A stretch of DNA of 64,000 bases, from assembly GCA_030704615.1 (NCBI GenBank), contig CM060732.1, forward strand, positions 49,352,001-49,416,000. Direction: 5' to 3'. Shown piece after piece: positions 1 to 13,124 of this stretch (positions are counted from its first letter, which is position 1; each line of letters begins with the position of its first letter). The notes beneath the pieces were generated by a model that was not told where the DNA came from, did not search any database, and saw only the letters and a list, made by a program, of their open reading frames with translations. The position numbers and the translations under genes are program-made. This DNA is from Takakia lepidozioides (Eukaryota > Plantae > Bryophyta).

Positions 1-1499
1 CCAAGAGAGCTCAGACATTTATATAACTAGGGTACCTGCAAGGAGCAACAATTGAAGGCGTACGGTTCCAATCGTCAAGTTCGAACATCTAAGAGTTTGT
101 TATACGACTGTAGGCAACGGCTGATTGTTATCAACTCAACGTCTAATCACTATCAACTTAAAGAAGGCAAGTCAGGAGAGCTTGACCTAGAAGACAAAAG
201 GCCCGATGGGCTATATTTTAAATGACACGGTTGACAGCAGTCTCGTATTTTCTAGGTGTAATTTTCCACGTATTTTTGAATGTTGTTTGAGATTTTGCTA
301 TATTAAGGACCTCAAACTAACAGGATGAAACCGTTATCAAACGCTGTTGGTGGGGAACTTTTTTGTGTATGGCTAATGGTGGGGGAAAAGTGGTGTAGGA
401 GCAGTTTCAACCCCAAGCGTCGATCTATCCACACCCTAAAATTTTGCTCCGCTATGGTTCCATAGAGATTCGCGGCTCCTGAGTGTTTTTTCATGGTTGG
501 TGATTAAACCCAATGGACCTGAAAATTGGTGGGAATTTTAAGGGTACCCCAAGGAATATATGGCCAAGTTTGAGGAATTTCGACCAAAATGGACACCATT
601 TTTGAAGCTTTTCGGGCGTCGTGACCACCCAAATTCAAATAAAGGGATTTTTGGGGGATAAAATATCTAGGAGTGCCATAGGACAGCTGGTGGGATGAAC
701 AGTGTTACCTACCAACTGAAAATGGACAATATCTTTCATCATCCTTGATAATTGGATATTCCATCTAACATTGTTTATTACTTTTCTAGTACAATATAGA
801 AGTGGGTTTATGGGCTTGCCCATGTTGTTTTTTAACAAGATAAATTGACCTTAACCCTTAGTCTGAATACCCAATGTTGAGTCCTAGAAAATTAGCATAA
901 ATACGACTTTAGGCCAAAAGCTTTGGCTAGTGTGAATATGTATCAAATCCAATCCTTTAAAATTTAAAATTAGTCAATCTGTAGGGAGCATGGAACATGA
1001 TGTCCGAATTAAGTGGCGCCTGCATGTCTAAGTTTCATGCATTTGGGGCATTCTTGTGTAAAAGTATGAACATCTATAGACAACATCCATGGATCGATAT
1101 TTCAGCCACCTCTCAATGTAGATGTATCTATTATGTAACTGTGATTTTTTGCAGCAAAACTATATGTACAGAACTCTATTGTATACTTCATTTGGACTCG
1201 TTATCTCTGTATGTAGTACCCAATTTGTATGGAATATGAGTGAATATCAGTACTTCCACGTCTGATAATGCTTGGTATGGAGCGTGCCTAACTATTGCTT
1301 AATAGATTGTTAGCTAGTGATAATAAGTGAAGTTTAACACTTGCTACACCCAAACCTTAAACTTGGCAAGGATTATAGGATTTTTTTAATAATCGTGGGC
1401 AATCATCATTGGTCAGGGGCGCAGTTTGTACCATCGTCCCTCTCATTTCTTTTGATGGTTGCGATGGCCTAGACAGTCCATACAATACCTGACCAACAA

Positions 1500-1570
1500 G
1501 GTAGCAGGATTTGAACCCGGAATCACCTGGGTGGCACACAGCGAACCAACCAACTGAGCTACCGACAGGC
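1500..1570 (-). repeat. tRNA-derived (SINE-like) Pol III head
   Basis: The minus strand reads gcctgtcggTAGCTCAGTTGG...ccgGGTTCAAATCCtgc, giving A and B boxes at tRNA spacing, but there is no paired acceptor stem. Confidence 0.6.
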
Positions 1571-2194
1571 AATTTGATTTGTGGATAAGAGATGGATAGA
1601 TCCACGCTTGATTCACAGATATCAACTGAAAACATATCAAATGGATGACTATCGTCTATAATCCAGGGAATCGGTCCATCCAATAGGGTACCCTGCTTTT
1701 TCTGAGCTTGTGAATGGAATATTGATATTTTTATTTCAGTCTATTTTTGGGGCATTTTTGGGTGGACAATTAAATGATGTGGATGATCGTGTCACTGTCA
1801 CTTCTCCCCCTTTGACTCCGTCCCACAGAACAAATATTATCCCCTTTTATAATATTTTTGTATATAATAAATATAGGACACCAGCCAAAAAGAAAGGGGC
1901 AGAAGTCTATACCTGGTTTCCTTGGGTATCAAGTATCAACCCATGACATAAACACTGGTATGAGAACGAAGAGTTCCAATACCTAGATGAGGAACCTACT
2001 ATGCTAATATCATCCTTCCTGCCGGAAGGCAGTAGGTAGCCCTTGCAATCAAGAGACACCATAATTTACGCTTCCTTCGGGAGGCGTCATATATTATTAT
2101 TGTGCTATTATCATTGGACCAAAAAAGACAAACTTGAGAACCGGGTGGTTGTGAAAAATGTAATACCAGAACAACTGGATAAAGCTTTTCGACA

Positions 2195-2372
2195 ACCAGC
2201 ATGTAGCCCAGTGGTCATGGACACATACCATGCTGGATGTGGCCGTGGGTTCAAACCACAGCCTGGTGCGTCATGAAGGTGTCCGTCCACCTTTCAGCTG
2301 GGAGGCAGTAGCCCTTGTGGTGAAGTGACACCCTAAGTTACGCTCCCTTGGGGAGGCATCATACTTTTTTTC
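2195..2372 (+). mobile_element. SINE-like element: tRNA-like head, hairpin body and T-run end
   Basis: A box TAGCCCAGTGG and T-arm GTGG-GTTCAAA-CCAC are present. The ~75 bp 3' body is duplicated at ~2015-2095, and the element ends in a T-run. Confidence 0.5.
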
Positions 2373-2390
2373 TTAAGCTTATAACACACA

Positions 2391-2760
2391 CTCACAAGAT
2401 TTGAACCCAGAACCAACTGGAGAACTCAATACTCTATCCAACTGAGATACTGACAAGTGGTAAGAAGAACCCCAAAAAATAACAAAAAAACATTTATAAA
2501 AAAAGTAAAAAAACCACATACTTTCCCCTTCCAACCACAGGTTAAAACAATAGTAATAATCATAAAGTAAAAAATAAAAAATAAAAACCACCTGGAGAAC
2601 TCAATACTCCTGGCATCCTAATGAGCTACCGAACAGCAAAAAAACATTTATTAAAAAAAAGAAAAAACCACATACTTTCCCCTTCCAACCACAGGTTAAA
2701 CCATAGTAATAGTAATAAAGTGAACAATAAAATAAAAATAAAAATAAAAATAATTAAAAA
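2391..2760 (-). repeat. Tandem duplication carrying two further tRNA-like heads
   Basis: 2391-2460 has A and B boxes (tatctcagttgg, ggttcaaatc), and 2591-2636 is a partial copy. A ~120 bp A-rich unit (ccacatactttccccttccaaccacaggttaaa) repeats at ~2475-2590 and ~2636-2760. Confidence 0.55.
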
Positions 2761-4144
2761 CAAATAAGTATTCACCAGAGAAACCTTTGTATATCGCAGA
2801 GGGAGGAGGGAGGGCGAGACTGAGAGCGAAAAAGACTGAGGGGGTAGTGCTGTGCGATTTGTGGTGAAGGGTGGTTGACTGCTCGGAAGGTCTTGGAAAC
2901 GTAGCACACTGCCAGCCTTGGTAAGTCAACCGTGCGGTTTTTGACTAGAGTGGGGGAGCAGCCAACGAACGGGAGAGGAAAAGAGCAGGTATGCGTGCAT
3001 TGGAGTCGGAGATTCAGATTCAGTCAAGGAGACTAGAGATTAATCTATCTAGAAGAGGCGAGATTGATGGGTTAAAGTGATGTTTGTGCAGTAGCCGACA
3101 ATATAATCAGCTTCCCGTAAAATTGGTGAAGCACTTGAAGGTAGGTGGATCTGTTGAGGTTTTTGGCCATATGCAGCTTGGCCGTGGACGTTTCCTGGTT
3201 GGTTTTCAGTGTCTTGGTTCCTCTTTTGCGTGCTCGTACGGGAAGTAGACGTAGACAGTCTTAGCGTTTCATGGACAGTCGACTCTGTCTGTGGGAGAGA
3301 GAGGGATGTGAGAGGGAAGGGAGTGACATTCGGAAACCGTTCAGTTGGGTCTTGCTACACATCCGGATGCTGGAATCTGAAGTTTTCGTGTGTCTAGCCA
3401 GAGTTTGGAGCAGTGCGTGCAAGCTTGCGGTTCATGTTTAGGACGACCATTGTGGCTCGAAGTGGCTGGTTCAGAAAAGTACTCTTGGTAAGAATGCACA
3501 GTGAACTTCTGTAACTGTACGAACACCTCTTTTCGCGTTGTTGTCTCTTCATCCGACTCTATCGGTCAATCGATCGATCGTTCTGGGAATCGACAGAATA
3601 TCATTGACTAACAATTCCTTTTTTGCTACAGAACGCTTTCACTCAGCATCTAATTCACCATTTTGATCTTTGGTCAGATGGTGATTTCTAATACGGCAAG
3701 TCAGATCTGAGAGAATCAAAACACTTTCTTCCGATTTTATTTGTAAAAACAAGGGCGTGAAATTGCGACAGGCAGGCAAGATAACCTCTTGACCATGATG
3801 TGCTTAGAACTATTTCTATGTACTGTGAAATGTTTCTGCTCGACCTTTGGTGTTTATGATGTTCATTGGGATTTGCCTCTTCCCACCATAAGCCTGTACT
3901 AGTGGGAGGCCTTACTTAACAGGTCTACTCGTCCAGCCAGTTGGGGCTTGGGCTTGATGCAGAAATCTCCTCTCTCTTGTTGAGTTGACCACATACCATG
4001 TTCTCATCTACCAAGTAGGCCATTTCCAATCTGTCTGGTTTCAAGCCCTTAATGCAATTGAGAGGCGAAGTGTCACATCTGCTTGCACCAAAAAGCTTGA
4101 GGTTCTATTTCTTGTGTTGTCCAGATTTGTTGCTCAGGTTCCAG

Positions 4145-7100
4145 ATGGCGGAGCGGCCAAAGTTGCTATACATTTTAGTGGAAGATGAAGAGGAGTCGGG
4201 CATACAGGGTGGACGAAAGGTGCTGGGTGCCCGCTACACACGTCCTGTGCTCCAAAGCACGCTTCAGCTCATGGGCTGCAAAATACGTCATGCATTCAAG
4301 GTGGGTAATGTATGTGTGTCACATGTACTATGCCATAGACAGGTTGCCCAGAGCATGGAACAAAAATGCACCTTTTGGTGGTGACGATTTGTTTCATCCT
4401 CTCATTAATTTGGTTAGTCTTAGCACGGGTGACACTTCATGGCAAAAGAGGCAAGGCTTTTAGGCTGGTAAGATCCTGGTCTCTTTGTGGGTTTGTCACA
4501 AGGCAAATTCTAGTTGTAGGCCAGCTGGTGGGGCATGGTTGTGGAGGTTACATGGTCCTGCTCCATTTGGCAGTACATTAATCAGAGATATGAGCGTGGA
4601 CATAAGGAAAGGAGTATCACTTGATTGGTACAGGTCTGTCATCAGTAGGTTTTATAACCTGGCATTGTCAGACACTTTGGCATAGGAAGGGCAAGGCTAT
4701 GTAAACATTTCACATTGAAAGGCTGACATTGTTGCCAAGGCAGCAGATTTGACTTATCTTGGGTTTTTCGCAACTTTCCAGATAAGTGATCGAGTGTTTG
4801 AGATGATGAGGAGTGAGATGCCCTTGAAGAAGCCCAGAAGTCGTCACTTGGTCAACCGATGGATTGGTTCAGCTTCTCCTCCAGAGCAACCCAAGAAAGA
4901 AAAAGTTACACCAACAGAAAGCAAACCTCGAGACAATGACAAAATTAAAGTCAGTCCGAAACGGCGCATGAAGCGGCCAACAGTGACTGTGAGCCGAAAA
5001 AAGTTTCTGGATGTGGTGTGTGACGGATTGGCACAGTACCATTATCTGGGTCCCAAGCAACGGTCAGACCTGATGGTTGCCTGCCGGTATGCACATTAGA
5101 TTGAACCTGAAGATCTGTTTCATATGATCAGGGAAAAGCTGATAATAGATTGTGACTTTTCAGGTGTGTTGTAAATGCTCTAAGAAAATGTGTCGATCTC
5201 CAGCCAATATTGTTTTGTTTTGTGAGAAGATGGGTTCCTCTCAGGTGCGTCTGTGTGATCTGCTGCTACGATCCCAGGGTGCCTAAATAAGTTATGGAGG
5301 CCCAGAAGCAAAGCATCAGAGCTAGATCCAAGGTTGCTCTGGTGGTCTTTACAGCAAATTTGCTCACTAGGTGGACATGTCAATTCTTTGGACTTATTGC
5401 TAAGCACACTTCTTGAAACATTGTGCACTGAACATTATAGTTTTTACCTCAGAAGCACAGACTTGGTTCACTGTGTGAATCAAATCACCTTCTGGCTCAA
5501 GAGAAGAGGGGCGGATGGTGTCACAGAGTTCGGGAGAGGAAGACATCGGTAACAGTTCTGCTATGTGGGACAAGTGGTTGTGGGAAGTCAACACTGTCTT
5601 CTTTGCTGGTATGCACCTCCTGCTGGCTTTTATACCCACTTCTGCAGTAACTAGATAACCCCCTCTGTCCTCTGCTATGCTGATTGCAAAGAGTTATCTA
5701 TTCCTTGGCAAGGTCTTCAGAAAAGCTGTGGGGTATGCAGGCAAGCAGGCTTGGGGTCACGACAGTGGTATCTACTGACTCTGTCCGACATATGATGAGG
5801 GGTTTTGTCACTGAGAAGGAGAACCCTCTACTCTGGGCTTCCACCTATCATGCTGGTGAGTTTCTAGATCCTGTGGCTGTGACTGAGGCCCTTGCTAAGA
5901 AGAAAGAGGCCAAGCAGGCTAGCCTCCCTCTCCGCACTTCATCGAGCGGGTCACAGGGTTCACTAGCGCCTACAACTTCTGCAGATAGGAAGAGTCTTGC
6001 CCAAATGGTTTCAGAGCTCACCCTCAACAATGGAAACAGTGACCATAGCATTAACAAGGAGAAACACGCGGCCGTCGAGGAGATCCCTAAGTCTGAGGGA
6101 AGTGGCAAACTTGAATCGGCCGATTCCTTGGTGGGCGCCAAGGTCATGGCAGTTCAGGGCTTCAAGGCCCAAAGTGAGATGGTGATGGACAGTCTTGACC
6201 GCTTGATTACAGCTTGGGAGGCTAGAAAGGAGTCAGTTGTGGTGGAGGGCGTGCATCTCAGTCTCAACTTTGTGGTATGTGGTAAATGCGACTGACAATT
6301 CAGGCACCCACAATTGCACTCCTGCTTTCTTTGCTCTACCGTGAATAGCTATACATGGAATCTCCACTATTTTTTTTGCAAAGGATTCAAGTGGAATCAT
6401 CAAGCTCTCTCTGCAGAGTCAGAGATGGTTCCATCTATTTGGAAGGTGCTGTAAATGATTTCACGTTTCTTTCAAATTCAATCTTTTCCTTTCCTTTCCT
6501 TTCTAACTGGAGGCTACAAGTAAGGTTAGGGTTATGAATCACGATAGTTATATGTCCTTCTAATAATTGGGGTTGATTTTTCATGTTGTTAAACCTCAAA
6601 ATTTTGGCCATTGCAGATGGGGCTGATGAAGAAACACCCATCGATCATTCCATTCATGGTGTACATATCAAATGAAGGAAAACACATGGAACGATTTGCA
6701 GTGCGTGCTAAATATATGACTCTGGACCCAGCTAGAAATAAGTATGTGAAGTACATTCGTAATATCAGGACCATTCAGGACTATCTGTGTAAACGAGCCG
6801 ATAAACATCTTGTGCCTAAGGTCAACAATACCAATGTGGATAAGAGTGTGGCAGCCATTCATGCCACTGTGTTCAGCTGTCTCCGCCGACGGGAAGAAGG
6901 TGAACCTCTCCTTGACCAGGCCACTAATACAGTAAAGGTTGTCCAACAAGAGTACACGAAACAGAGTACTGCATCATCGGTTGGATCCAAGGGTATGTTT
7001 CAGTTGATACAGCGCAGAAGCTCGTCTCGTAATCTGATGGCTGTGATGAACAATGATGGAACAGTAGTCAAAGCATGGCCACTTTTGTCTGTGCAAGTTG

Positions 7101-8843
7101 ACAGAAGAAGACTAGTGGACAGTATTACAGATAGAGGGGCGGGCACCCCCCTGTATGGGCCTTTGTCTGTTACATCAGCAAAACATGTGAATTTGCCATT
7201 TGGAAACCTTGGATTGAGTGCTTGGCCAAGTGATAAGGGGGGCACTAGTGAGAACAGTAGCAGTGTGGGCCAAAGCTCTGGGGAAGGGAGCACTGGTGAG
7301 CTCCTTCGCCATGCGTCATCATCAGCTTCCTCTCTCATGCCTGAGAAAGAGGTTAGTGGCCATCTCCTTGCTCCCTTACTCCCGCGCCTGCTTCCCTACC
7401 CTTTCCTTCTCTGTCCACAAGAGATGCATTAGGTGGTGTATATCCTTCAATCTAGCCATATGTTTTTGACACAATAGGCAACTGGGTGTTGTTTTCATTA
7501 TCCTCTGCTGATGCACGCATTGCAACATCCAGTTTTCTGACCAGCTTGTGGAGAGGGGGGCTTCCAACAACTTCCAGTGATTGTATGTTAATGAAAGAGA
7601 TGAGAGAAGCTGTATGTATCTACCCTGGGCCTATAGCCCTTATTAAAAACAAAATTCCAGTCTTGGGCATGGAAGTTCACCACATTTGGCCTCTGACTCG
7701 TTTCCCATGTTTATCATCTTGCTTTTGTTGCTTGCTTTCACAAAGTTTCAACCATAGCTTTTGTTTCAAACCTGCAGCTTACAGAGGAAGTAGAGGTATC
7801 AGATAGTGAGGAGGAGGAGGATGGTGATGCTGAGGAGGAAGATGCAGAGACGAATGGAGATGCTAGCAACTCCGAGCTGGAGCCTGTCGAGGAAGATGAT
7901 GTACGATTTCTATTCTGTTTTCTATCTGTGTCTCTCTTCACTCCATGAACCCCTCACAAAGGTAGTGTTATGTTCCCTTTTGTTCCGCCCAAAATAGGGG
8001 CAGTGTCTTTAGCCACAAGGCTATGACAAACAACGTCTAGTGAGTACATTCTCTCCTCTCCCACTCACTTTTCCCCAGGATCTTTTCTTTCAGTCGTTGG
8101 ACACCTGTGGGATGTGAGGGCTTTGCTGCCACATCATTGTTGCCATTAGATTCACCAGCCCCTGTATGCAAAGAAGTCGCAGCAGACCAAATGTTACCAT
8201 AGAGATCAAGATCCAAGTGATACTCAAGTAGTTGATACTTCCTGTGGGCCTTGCATGGGACCTCAGAAATTCTGAAGCTGCCTCACTGATGCTTTCTAAT
8301 AGAGGCCAGGTGTGGTTTGATCAATCAACCCATTGTTATCACTTCAGAACCTAAACCCCTGGATTATTGAATGTAAGATTACTATGTGCATTTGTATGTT
8401 ACTGGAACATCATCATCATGGAACGGATCCAACCTGTGAGTTCAGCCACAGGTGTCTTGGCATCTCATATTAATGAGCAAAGTCCTTTGTGACTATTTCA
8501 GACAAATGTAATCACGTTCTGATCGATGACTGGCATGTTGGTTTGCTAACAGCTGGAGGGTTCGGTCAATGACGAGAGCATACGATCAGATGATGACTTC
8601 GAGGAAACTGACATAGTGGAGGGGGATGATGGCTATTGGTACGATGACGACACAACTCCCTCCCCGATACTGCTGTCAACAGCCACCAATGGTTCAGTGG
8701 ATAGAGGCAAGAGTAAGGCTGGCATGTCACGGTTACGGTCCTTCGACCGGGCGGCTGCAGGCCAGGGCCCACCTCAGTTACGAAAGTCAGCTTCCCACAA
8801 GATATCCAGGATGTCTTCACGAAAGCAAACCAAACCTAGTTAG
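4145..8843 (+). CDS. LPA1: P-loop NTPase / 2-phosphoglycerate-kinase-like protein (LPA1 homolog), 7 coding exons
   Basis: Exons 4145-4300, 4782-5086, 5527-5608, 5741-6274, 6617-7351, 7778-7900 and 8553-8843 are all GT-AG and phase-consistent. Motifs include [16 protein letters not shown], Walker [11 protein letters not shown] (in an exon the ORF track misses), [21 protein letters not shown] and an acidic tail. Confidence 0.9.
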
Positions 8844-9659
8844 TCGGATTGCAATCTGCTGTTAGTACTCAGCACTGGCGCTAGTCCTTTGGACTCGATG
8901 GCGTAGATCTGTGTTTATGTACGATTAGGATACTCCAAGTTCCTAGCTTTGAGACTGTCTGTAGTTGTTCTGCTAAGGGTCTTCATACTCTGACTGCATT
9001 CAAAGACATGGATCATAAGTGAGGGCTGAATAGTGTCCAAAGAGAAAAGGGATCTTTGAGAGCGAGGGATGGCTCAGTGTCATGGAATGTGGAGATCCCT
9101 TCACTGCATGCCCAAAAATTGTGAAGGGACAAAGCTATGTAGTTCATAATCTTGCAGACCACCTCTTGGATGACTTGGTAAAACTCTGAAATTCTTCTCA
9201 TGGGAATGGCATCAAGTTTTGGGTCAAGAGTAGCCCGCCTTCAATTTTGATGATCCTGCTCTTCATAACAAAGCTTTTGACTTTCTTTGCTCAATGTGGA
9301 TTCATTTCCTGGATTGAAGATTGAAGGTCTGTTGGCACTTCCAAGTAGAAGCAAACAGAGCCACTCAGCAAGCATTGCTTCTGTGCTATTTTGCAGGCTC
9401 TCAATGGCCTGCGCTTGGGTTGGGAAGTTGCTTTCAAAAACTTTCACCTAAAGAGGTCCTTCAGTCTCGAACACCAACATGTGAAGTGGGGCACCAGCTA
9501 ATACATTTAAGAACCAGGATTGGACAGGTCATCCACACTCCCAAGTCCTATGCCTAGAAATAACCAAAGACTCAGATCTATCATCTACTCCACTTTCAAA
9601 GCAAGGTAGAGATCATGCTTGCCAGATCACCAACTACAAACCAATTATCACAAAGTTTT

Positions 9660-10088
9660 CATACCAGTCTGGTCTATATAATGGTGGATGTATATTTGTC
9701 CAAATACTGGTATGAGTATGAGTATCATGACCACAATACCCCTTGGTATGAGATCAACTCTGGTATCATCCTTTATGTGTATTGTATTTATTTCACTTGA
9801 TATTTGCTATTTGATAAACTTGTAATTCAAGGTGGATTTAGAAGTAAATATACATAAATACAAATGTATAGGCAAATATACACATAAATTAATATGGTAC
9901 ACATACCAAATGAGGTAGACTGCGGGGGAGTACTGGTATTGTGGCTGGTATGAAAAAACTGATACCAGCCTGGTCTGGTATATGACCAAGTACTCTCCCA
10001 AACGATACCTAATTAGTCTGGTATCTAATACCAGTGCATATACCAGTACTTTAGACCAGTCCTTCACCTATATACCAGTCCAACACTG
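9660..10088. mobile_element. Non-autonomous hAT-like element remnant rich in ATACCAG/CTGGTAT motifs
   Basis: Many ATACCAG/CTGGTAT motifs occur in both orientations and the element ends ccaacactg (rc CAGTGTTGG). Related pieces lie at ~13135-13192 and ~1909-1960. The left end is not defined. Confidence 0.4.
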
Positions 10089-10652
10089 GTATGCACCAAG
10101 ACATAGGAACAAATCCAAATAATGCGTCCACAAATGCTTTCTACTCTTACTTGTTTTATAGGGAAAGGGCAATACGGCTCTTTTACTTAGGCCGCCACCT
10201 TCTCTCTTCTCTCTCTCTCTAGTTGTTGACGCTGTCATAGTCACACTGTCGTCTTTGGCAACGATATCCTGTACTCATAGCTGCCCGAATTTCTCTTACC
10301 AATGCCCCGCATTTTTGAACTTCTTCTATCTGCACTGTTTACTTGCACTTGCATCAGATGCTACTCTGTGATTATCTTTGATGCAGCTTTGCCGGAGCCA
10401 TAAAGACTGTCCTGGCATTACGCTCTAGGTAGGTGAGCAGAACACTCCTAGAATGTTCAATATCAGGGGATCTCGGCTCGGCATCATATCCATACAGAGA
10501 GATGGCAATCAGAGGTTGTGTGAGGGAGAGAGAGAGAGAGAGGGCGAGAGACTCTTGAAGGCAAAATTTTGACGTCCAAGGGAGAGAGGTTGAACGTGCT
10601 CCTCACAAGGGCACTTGCAGTTTTGGCACTCAGCAGCCACAGCGGAGCAGTT

Positions 10653-12353
10653 ATGGAAAGCACGGAGGAGTCGGTGTTGCTGCCTGCACAATCTACGTTG
10701 ATTGCTGTAGCAACTTCAATCGTTCTAATTGCCGCAGTAGTTTATGCCTGGTGGAATCATCCGGACTATGGTAAAAACAAGGGCCCCAAGATCTATCCCT
10801 TGGTTGGCTGCCTGCCTCTTGTCATGAGGAACAGACACAGATTGTATGACTGGGCAACTGAAGAGCTGCAGAAAGTTCCATCACATACAATGAGGGTCGT
10901 GATGCCTGCAGGAAATGTTTTGATAGGAACAGCAAATCCGGCTAACGTAGAGCACATTCTAAGAAGCCGATTTGAGCAGTATCCTAAAGGGCAACTACTC
11001 CAGGACAACTTTTTTGACCTCTTAGGACGAGGAATTTTCAATGCTGATGGAGACCTTTGGAAATTTCAGAGAAAAGTAGCTAGTCATGAGTTCACCACGC
11101 GATCGCTCCGAGAGTTGGTCGTGCAGTCGGTGAATGGAGAGCTCCAAAGTCGCCTTGTACCCATCCTTGCAAAGATCAGCGATGAAGGCAGTACCATAGA
11201 TTTACAAGACCTTCTCTTGCGGTTCGCATTCGACAACATCTGCCAGATTTCATTTGGAGTGGACCCTGCCTGTCTGGATTCCTCGCTCCCAATAGTGCCA
11301 TTTGCTCAAGCTTTTGACGACGCAACTGAGTATAGCACCCAACGCTTTACTGGGTTTGGACTTCTCACTTGGAAATTGAAAAAGGCTTTTGACATTGGGT
11401 CCGAGAGAAAGCTGCGGAAGGCGATAGCTGTGGTCAATGAATATGCCAAAGTTTTAGTCGGAACAAGGAGAAAGCAGCTTCAAGAGGCTACAGGGGGCCA
11501 ATCTAGTGGTGAGCATCTCGACATGTTATCAAGATTCATGCGATTTGCTGATAGTGCAAGTGGAGATATTCCAGGAAGGACTGAACTCGAGCAGAAGGTC
11601 ATTCAGGATCTGAGACACAAAGGAAACGATGACGGGGCTTTCAACAGTAAGGAGGAAATGTCGGATGAGTTCTTGAGAGACGTTGTTATCAGTTTTGTTT
11701 TGGCAGGTAGAGACACTACTTCGTCAGCCCTCGCATGGTTCTTTTGGTTGCTGACTTCCAATCCGCGTGTGGAAGCTGCAATCTATGGCGAAATCGAAGG
11801 GCATCTGCGGGCTAGAGACTCAAAAGAAGAGGAGGATTCAAGCAGCTTGTACACTCAAAATGCATCCTTCACATTTGAGGAGCTGAAAGACCTGCATTAT
11901 CTGCATGCGGCTCTATCCGAATCTCTTAGGCTGTACCCACCTGTCCCAGTTGATTCGAAGGCGGCACTGCAAGATGATGTTTTGCCCGATGGGACTTTTG
12001 TGGCCAAGAATCAGAGAGTGTCTTATAATGTGTTTGCCATGGGCAGAATGGAGAACCTCTGGGGGCCCGATTGTCTGAAGTTCAAGCCCGAGAGATGGTT
12101 GAACGATGGCGTCTTCACTCCTGAAAGTCCATACAAGTATCCTGTGTTCCAGGCAGGGCCCCGCATTTGCCTCGGGAAAGACATGGCCATGATTCAGATG
12201 AAGCTCATAGTGGCTGCACTCATCCATAACTTCACCTTCAGCCTTGCTAGCAGTGACAGTCCACAGTATAACCTGTCGGTTACAATGCGGATCAAGCATG
12301 GATTGCATGTAATTCCACACCACAGAATTCCTTTGCAAATTCTAAAATCTTAA
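10653..12353 (+). CDS. CYP94: Cytochrome P450, CYP86 clan, CYP94-like fatty acid omega-hydroxylase (single coding exon)
   Basis: ATG at 10653, an N-terminal TM anchor, GRGIFNADG..WKFQRKVASHEF, I-helix AGRDTTS, ExxR (ESLR), PERW and heme motif FQAGPRICLG. Confidence 0.92.
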   Translation: MESTEESVLLPAQSTLIAVATSIVLIAAVVYAWWNHPDYGKNKGPKIYPLVGCLPLVMRNRHRLYDWATEELQKVPSHTMRVVMPAGNVLIGTANPANVEHILRSRFEQYPKGQLLQDNFFDLLGRGIFNADGDLWKFQRKVASHEFTTRSLRELVVQSVNGELQSRLVPILAKISDEGSTIDLQDLLLRFAFDNICQISFGVDPACLDSSLPIVPFAQAFDDATEYSTQRFTGFGLLTWKLKKAFDIGSERKLRKAIAVVNEYAKVLVGTRRKQLQEATGGQSSGEHLDMLSRFMRFADSASGDIPGRTELEQKVIQDLRHKGNDDGAFNSKEEMSDEFLRDVVISFVLAGRDTTSSALAWFFWLLTSNPRVEAAIYGEIEGHLRARDSKEEEDSSSLYTQNASFTFEELKDLHYLHAALSESLRLYPPVPVDSKAALQDDVLPDGTFVAKNQRVSYNVFAMGRMENLWGPDCLKFKPERWLNDGVFTPESPYKYPVFQAGPRICLGKDMAMIQMKLIVAALIHNFTFSLASSDSPQYNLSVTMRIKHGLHVIPHHRIPLQILKS

Positions 12354-12486
12354 AAGATCCTTCAGAGTTGTGTCACATACCTCTTCAGTTTGTTCCACTT
12401 CCACTGCAATTGTGTGGTTTGTATGTTTTGGAGCTTTGTTTCTGCCTTCGTCCTTCTCTTTGTCATCCCTTTTGTGTATATCTTAA

Positions 12487-13124
12487 CCCTTAAATGCCCA
12501 CCACGCCCGTTTTGGGCTTTGGGTGTAGAAAATTCTGAATAACTTCTTACATTCTCAATGGAATTGTCTGAAAAAAAAATACAGTGTTCTTGGGCACCTG
12601 GCACACCAAGATTCATTGCCCCATTGCCTCCCCATTGCCTCGGATCTGCCAAGTTGCAAAGAGGTCTCATCACGCAAGTAGGGGGGTTCACGATTTGATA
12701 AAGGTAATTCTCGTTGTTTCATTCTTCACACGAGAGAAACATGGGATTTTCCCAGGTTTGACCAAGTGGCAACATCACATGCATTGGCCAAATGCAATTG
12801 GATACTTTTTGGCTTGTTGGATGAGGGATCTCAAGGGGATGAAACCCTGCTAATTCCCATTTGATCCCGTCACTCAAATCTTACCAAAAATGGATATGTT
12901 TCTCAAAAGGGCCCCCATAATGGGGCCCACATTCAACAGTGGTATTTTGTGGATCTGGGGCTGATTGGCCTCAAATTTGGCAGGTGGATGCAGTAGGAAG
13001 GTACGCACCTAATGTGCGGTCAAGTTCTTTAAGAAGTTAATTTTCTGAAAGTTACACCAATAATTCACTTAAGGGGTCATGTTTTTAAGACAAAAGTCAA
13101 ACTATGGCACTGGGCGTTTAAGGG
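12487..13124. mobile_element. piggyBac-like MITE inserted in the CYP94 3' region
   Basis: TIRs CCCTTAAATGCCCA / TGGGCGTTTAAGGG match at 13 of 14 positions and the left flank is TTAA. The element is absent from the paralogous pseudogene 3' region. Confidence 0.55.

Noticed and set aside
1500-2460. Functional tRNA genes
   Set aside because: Acceptor and anticodon stems do not fold properly, so these are treated as SINE-like heads.
10569-10652. N-terminal extension of the CYP94 ORF
   Set aside because: It starts at TTG. The first ATG (10653) precedes the TM anchor and is conserved in the pseudogene.
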